Positions 61,395 through 64,000 of a DNA stretch of 64,000 nucleotides are shown here, one piece after another. Position numbers and translations under genes: made by a program. Within the stretch, counting starts at the first letter, position 1, and every line of letters begins with the position of its first letter. Location of the stretch: the NCBI RefSeq assembly GCF_009834535.1, contig NC_045696.1:27964001-28028000 (forward strand), read 5' to 3'. Below the pieces are notes generated by a model, which did not search any database, had not been told where the DNA came from, and worked only from the letters and a program-made list of their open reading frames with translations. Source of the stretch: Camelus ferus (taxonomy: Eukaryota).

Positions 61395-63214
61395 CTGAAA
61401 AGAGTTTTTCACGATAAGAAGAGACACCTAAAGGTACCCAATGGAAAAGGAGCTTGGAGTCAGTACAGAAACACCTGATCCAGGTAGGCTCAAATACTCC
61501 CACTTACTCTCCTCCATTTGATGCGTGTGTATGTATGTGTGAGTGTGTGGTGTATCGGAATTATTTAGATCTTTTTTCCTATAATTAATGAAAATGTAAC
61601 AATTACATGTGAATTACAAATTTCTTCAACAGATTTTAAAAATTCCACTTAGAAAGCATACTTTATGCATAAAATTTAATACTCTACGTATATAAACATC
61701 TAAAGCATCATAAATTAGCTTTCCTTTAATTTTTAGTGAGGGATTGAATGTATATAGAAAAAAGTAAAGAGTTGACAGTTTCTACTTGAATCAGATGAAA
61801 TGCCACCATAAAAATGGAAAACCTGATTGTGTGTGGGTGTGGCTACTCTTTGTTGGAGGTGAGTTCTTCTCTATATTACAACTGGAAAATATTGTTCAAG
61901 TAACAATTCTAAGGGATGTCCAGGGTTTTTATTTTAAGCTAAGAACAGCATTTGCCTTAATAACTTCAATTTATTTAAAAACTGGAAACAAAGCAAAGAA
62001 GAAACTGAACTTATGTTAACTACATTTTGTTGAATTGATCTATGTGAATTCATTTGTATTTCTCAAAACATATGTAAGTGCAAAATATTCTGAAGTATTT
62101 TGAATCTTATCATTTACTTTCGAATGTCTTCAAAAATGGGAGACATGTCTTATTCATTTTGTATTGTAATGGTTGGACATAAACTATATGTAATATATTT
62201 TTAATTGAATTGAAACAAAACATGCTTCTCCAATAACACAAAGGTACAAAGTTCTATTATTCCTCTGGTCACATATATTTTGAATACTGTAGAGATTTCA
62301 GACTAAATACTACTTGGACATGTCATAAAAATCTTCAAGCACTGAACAGAAAAATGTATTTTTCTACTTATATGCTTTATTTTCTGCCAATGAAATCAAA
62401 ATTTATTTAATGAAAAAGGTTCACACCATTTATTATGTATCTATCATATTTGTCAATATAATAAAAATTAGAGAAAGCAATATTAAATATAGAAATGTTT
62501 TATTAAAATGTCCACAAGAAGGAGATGGTGTCTAAATTTTTAAGCCCCAATATATATGCTATAGTGAGTGGTTCTTATTAAAAAATAATATAAAAATTAA
62601 TTGCACTGATTATTGAAATTGCTGCAAAAAGTAAGAAAAATTTCCAGCTACTACCATGTCAATACAGTAATTATAACCTTCAGTATATATATTTTCAGAC
62701 AATTTTATACTTGGATAATTTTCTTTTACATACATACTAACAATAATCTTAACATTTATTTTTCATCAGTTTATTTTCCTAAGCATCAGAGGCAATTTTT
62801 CACTTGAAAAATAAATTTTATGTGTGTACTTTCCTTAGAATCCCTTTCAAGCCTTTTACTCTCTAAGTTAATTTTCTCACTTAAGGTATGCCACTAACAA
62901 TAAAATGCCTCCAGACTTTTTGTATTAGTTCCAAAGGAATTTCAGACATAATTTAGAAAAGCACATTTATTAAAATCCAATTCCTCTAGATACTTTCAAG
63001 TGCCAGAAACTTTAACAGGGCAGCTGTTGTATCTTCTAATTGGAAAAACTTGCGTAAGTGCAAAATGTTTCAAAGCATTTTGAATCTTATTATTTACTTT
63101 AATTAAAAAAATCATGAAATATTTAAAACTAACATTAAAGTTAGTACATATATTGTAGAAGGAGAGTAAATATCCTTTAAGGGTTCCTAGGTTCTTGGGA
63201 AAGAAGGCACAGAG

Positions 63215-63420
63215 AAAAGTTATACGTGAGTTCAAAAAGCTGTCTCTGTCACTAGCTTTGTGACCCTTTGGCAAGTGCTTATATGTGGTAGCTGAGACTC
63301 AATGATATCATGAATTGGGTACAATGATACTTGCCTTGTAGGGAGGATTGTTAAGTTAAAAGAGCATAAGTTAAGAGCATAGTGCTTACCAAGTAGCAGA
63401 TATTTTAAAAAGTGGTAACA
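63215..63420 (+). mobile_element. MIR SINE (intronic to the minus-strand gene)
   Basis: tgagttcaaa...ctctgtcactagctttgtgaccctttggcaagtgctta...aatgatacttgccttgtaggg. Confidence 0.6.
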
Positions 63421-64000
63421 AGTATCTTATGCTGTTACCTGAGTATTCATTTGATTTCAACAATTCTATTAAGAAATAAAAATTCAGAGATGATGTTTTC
63501 CTTACATTTAATAACAAATGAACACAAACTTTGTATCCAGGAGTTTGTGATTTAAAGGCCATACTACCAACTCCTTTCTCATTAATGAGGACTCGATTTT
63601 TGTCTGAGTGTTCACTGACTTAGCGATTTAGGCAGACTTTCTACTTTTAAGGGTTTTAATTTGTAAAATAAGGAGATTCCATTCAGTAATCTTTTGCAAT
63701 TATGATTCTAAACAATTAAGATAAATCTAGAAGATAAAGATAAATCCAGTTGTTAAAAATGTTTGATCCAACATTACAGATCGTTCCCATGTTAGATTCT
63801 AATAGACTGTCTAAATATGACAGAAAAGTCACCCTCTAGTCTAAGCATGAATTGGGATTTATTACTGTTTCTGTGCATTGAAATTCACTTTCTTCTGAAT
63901 CTATAGGAGGATTCCATGCATAACTTCCATGAAATATAATGGTAATTATTTGAAAAAAATCAGTTTTATAGTTGTCTGGGAATATATTCCAAAGCCAAAT

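Noticed and set aside
62996..63100. Further upstream coding exon of the minus-strand gene
   Set aside because: The acceptor is weak (ttaaag), I found no donor in the phase required by the 61394 exon, and half of it is the duplicated 56-bp segment.
1..64000. Prokaryote-style systems (CRISPR array, operon, defence or phage locus)
   Set aside because: The sequence is mammalian, with no long ORFs and no repeat-spacer periodicity.

Overview
AT-rich, CpG-poor mammalian genomic DNA with no CpG island. It is most likely camelid (alpaca/llama/camel): it carries two tRNA-Ala(AGC)-derived SINEs of the Vic-1 type and artiodactyl-type L1 3' ends, and I saw no Alu, Bov-A/Bov-tA/BovB or PRE-1. Nearly all of the window is non-coding and littered with old interspersed repeats (MIR, L2, L3/CR1, L1M, MaLR MLT1 LTRs, hAT DNA transposons MER5A/MER58A/MER94/MER103C/Charlie4) plus microsatellites. 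The only credible coding signal is the 3' end of a minus-strand gene I cannot name. It consists of a 66-nt exon (61329-61394) joining in phase to a terminal exon (60151-60382) and ends ...EVTVSGETVV*. The other ORF-track entries look like chance or repeat-derived ORFs. I found no convincing new biological system. The oddities most worth checking are a perfect 57-bp direct repeat 1,244 bp apart, tandem-amplified E-box arrays inside an MLT1 LTR, the unnamed gene tail with a PDZ-type terminus and a stop-containing splice donor, a strong CTCF motif, and young L1 fragments with target-site duplications (TSDs). Repeat subfamily names come from my recall of consensus sequences, not from a RepeatMasker run, and the boundaries of old repeats are approximate.
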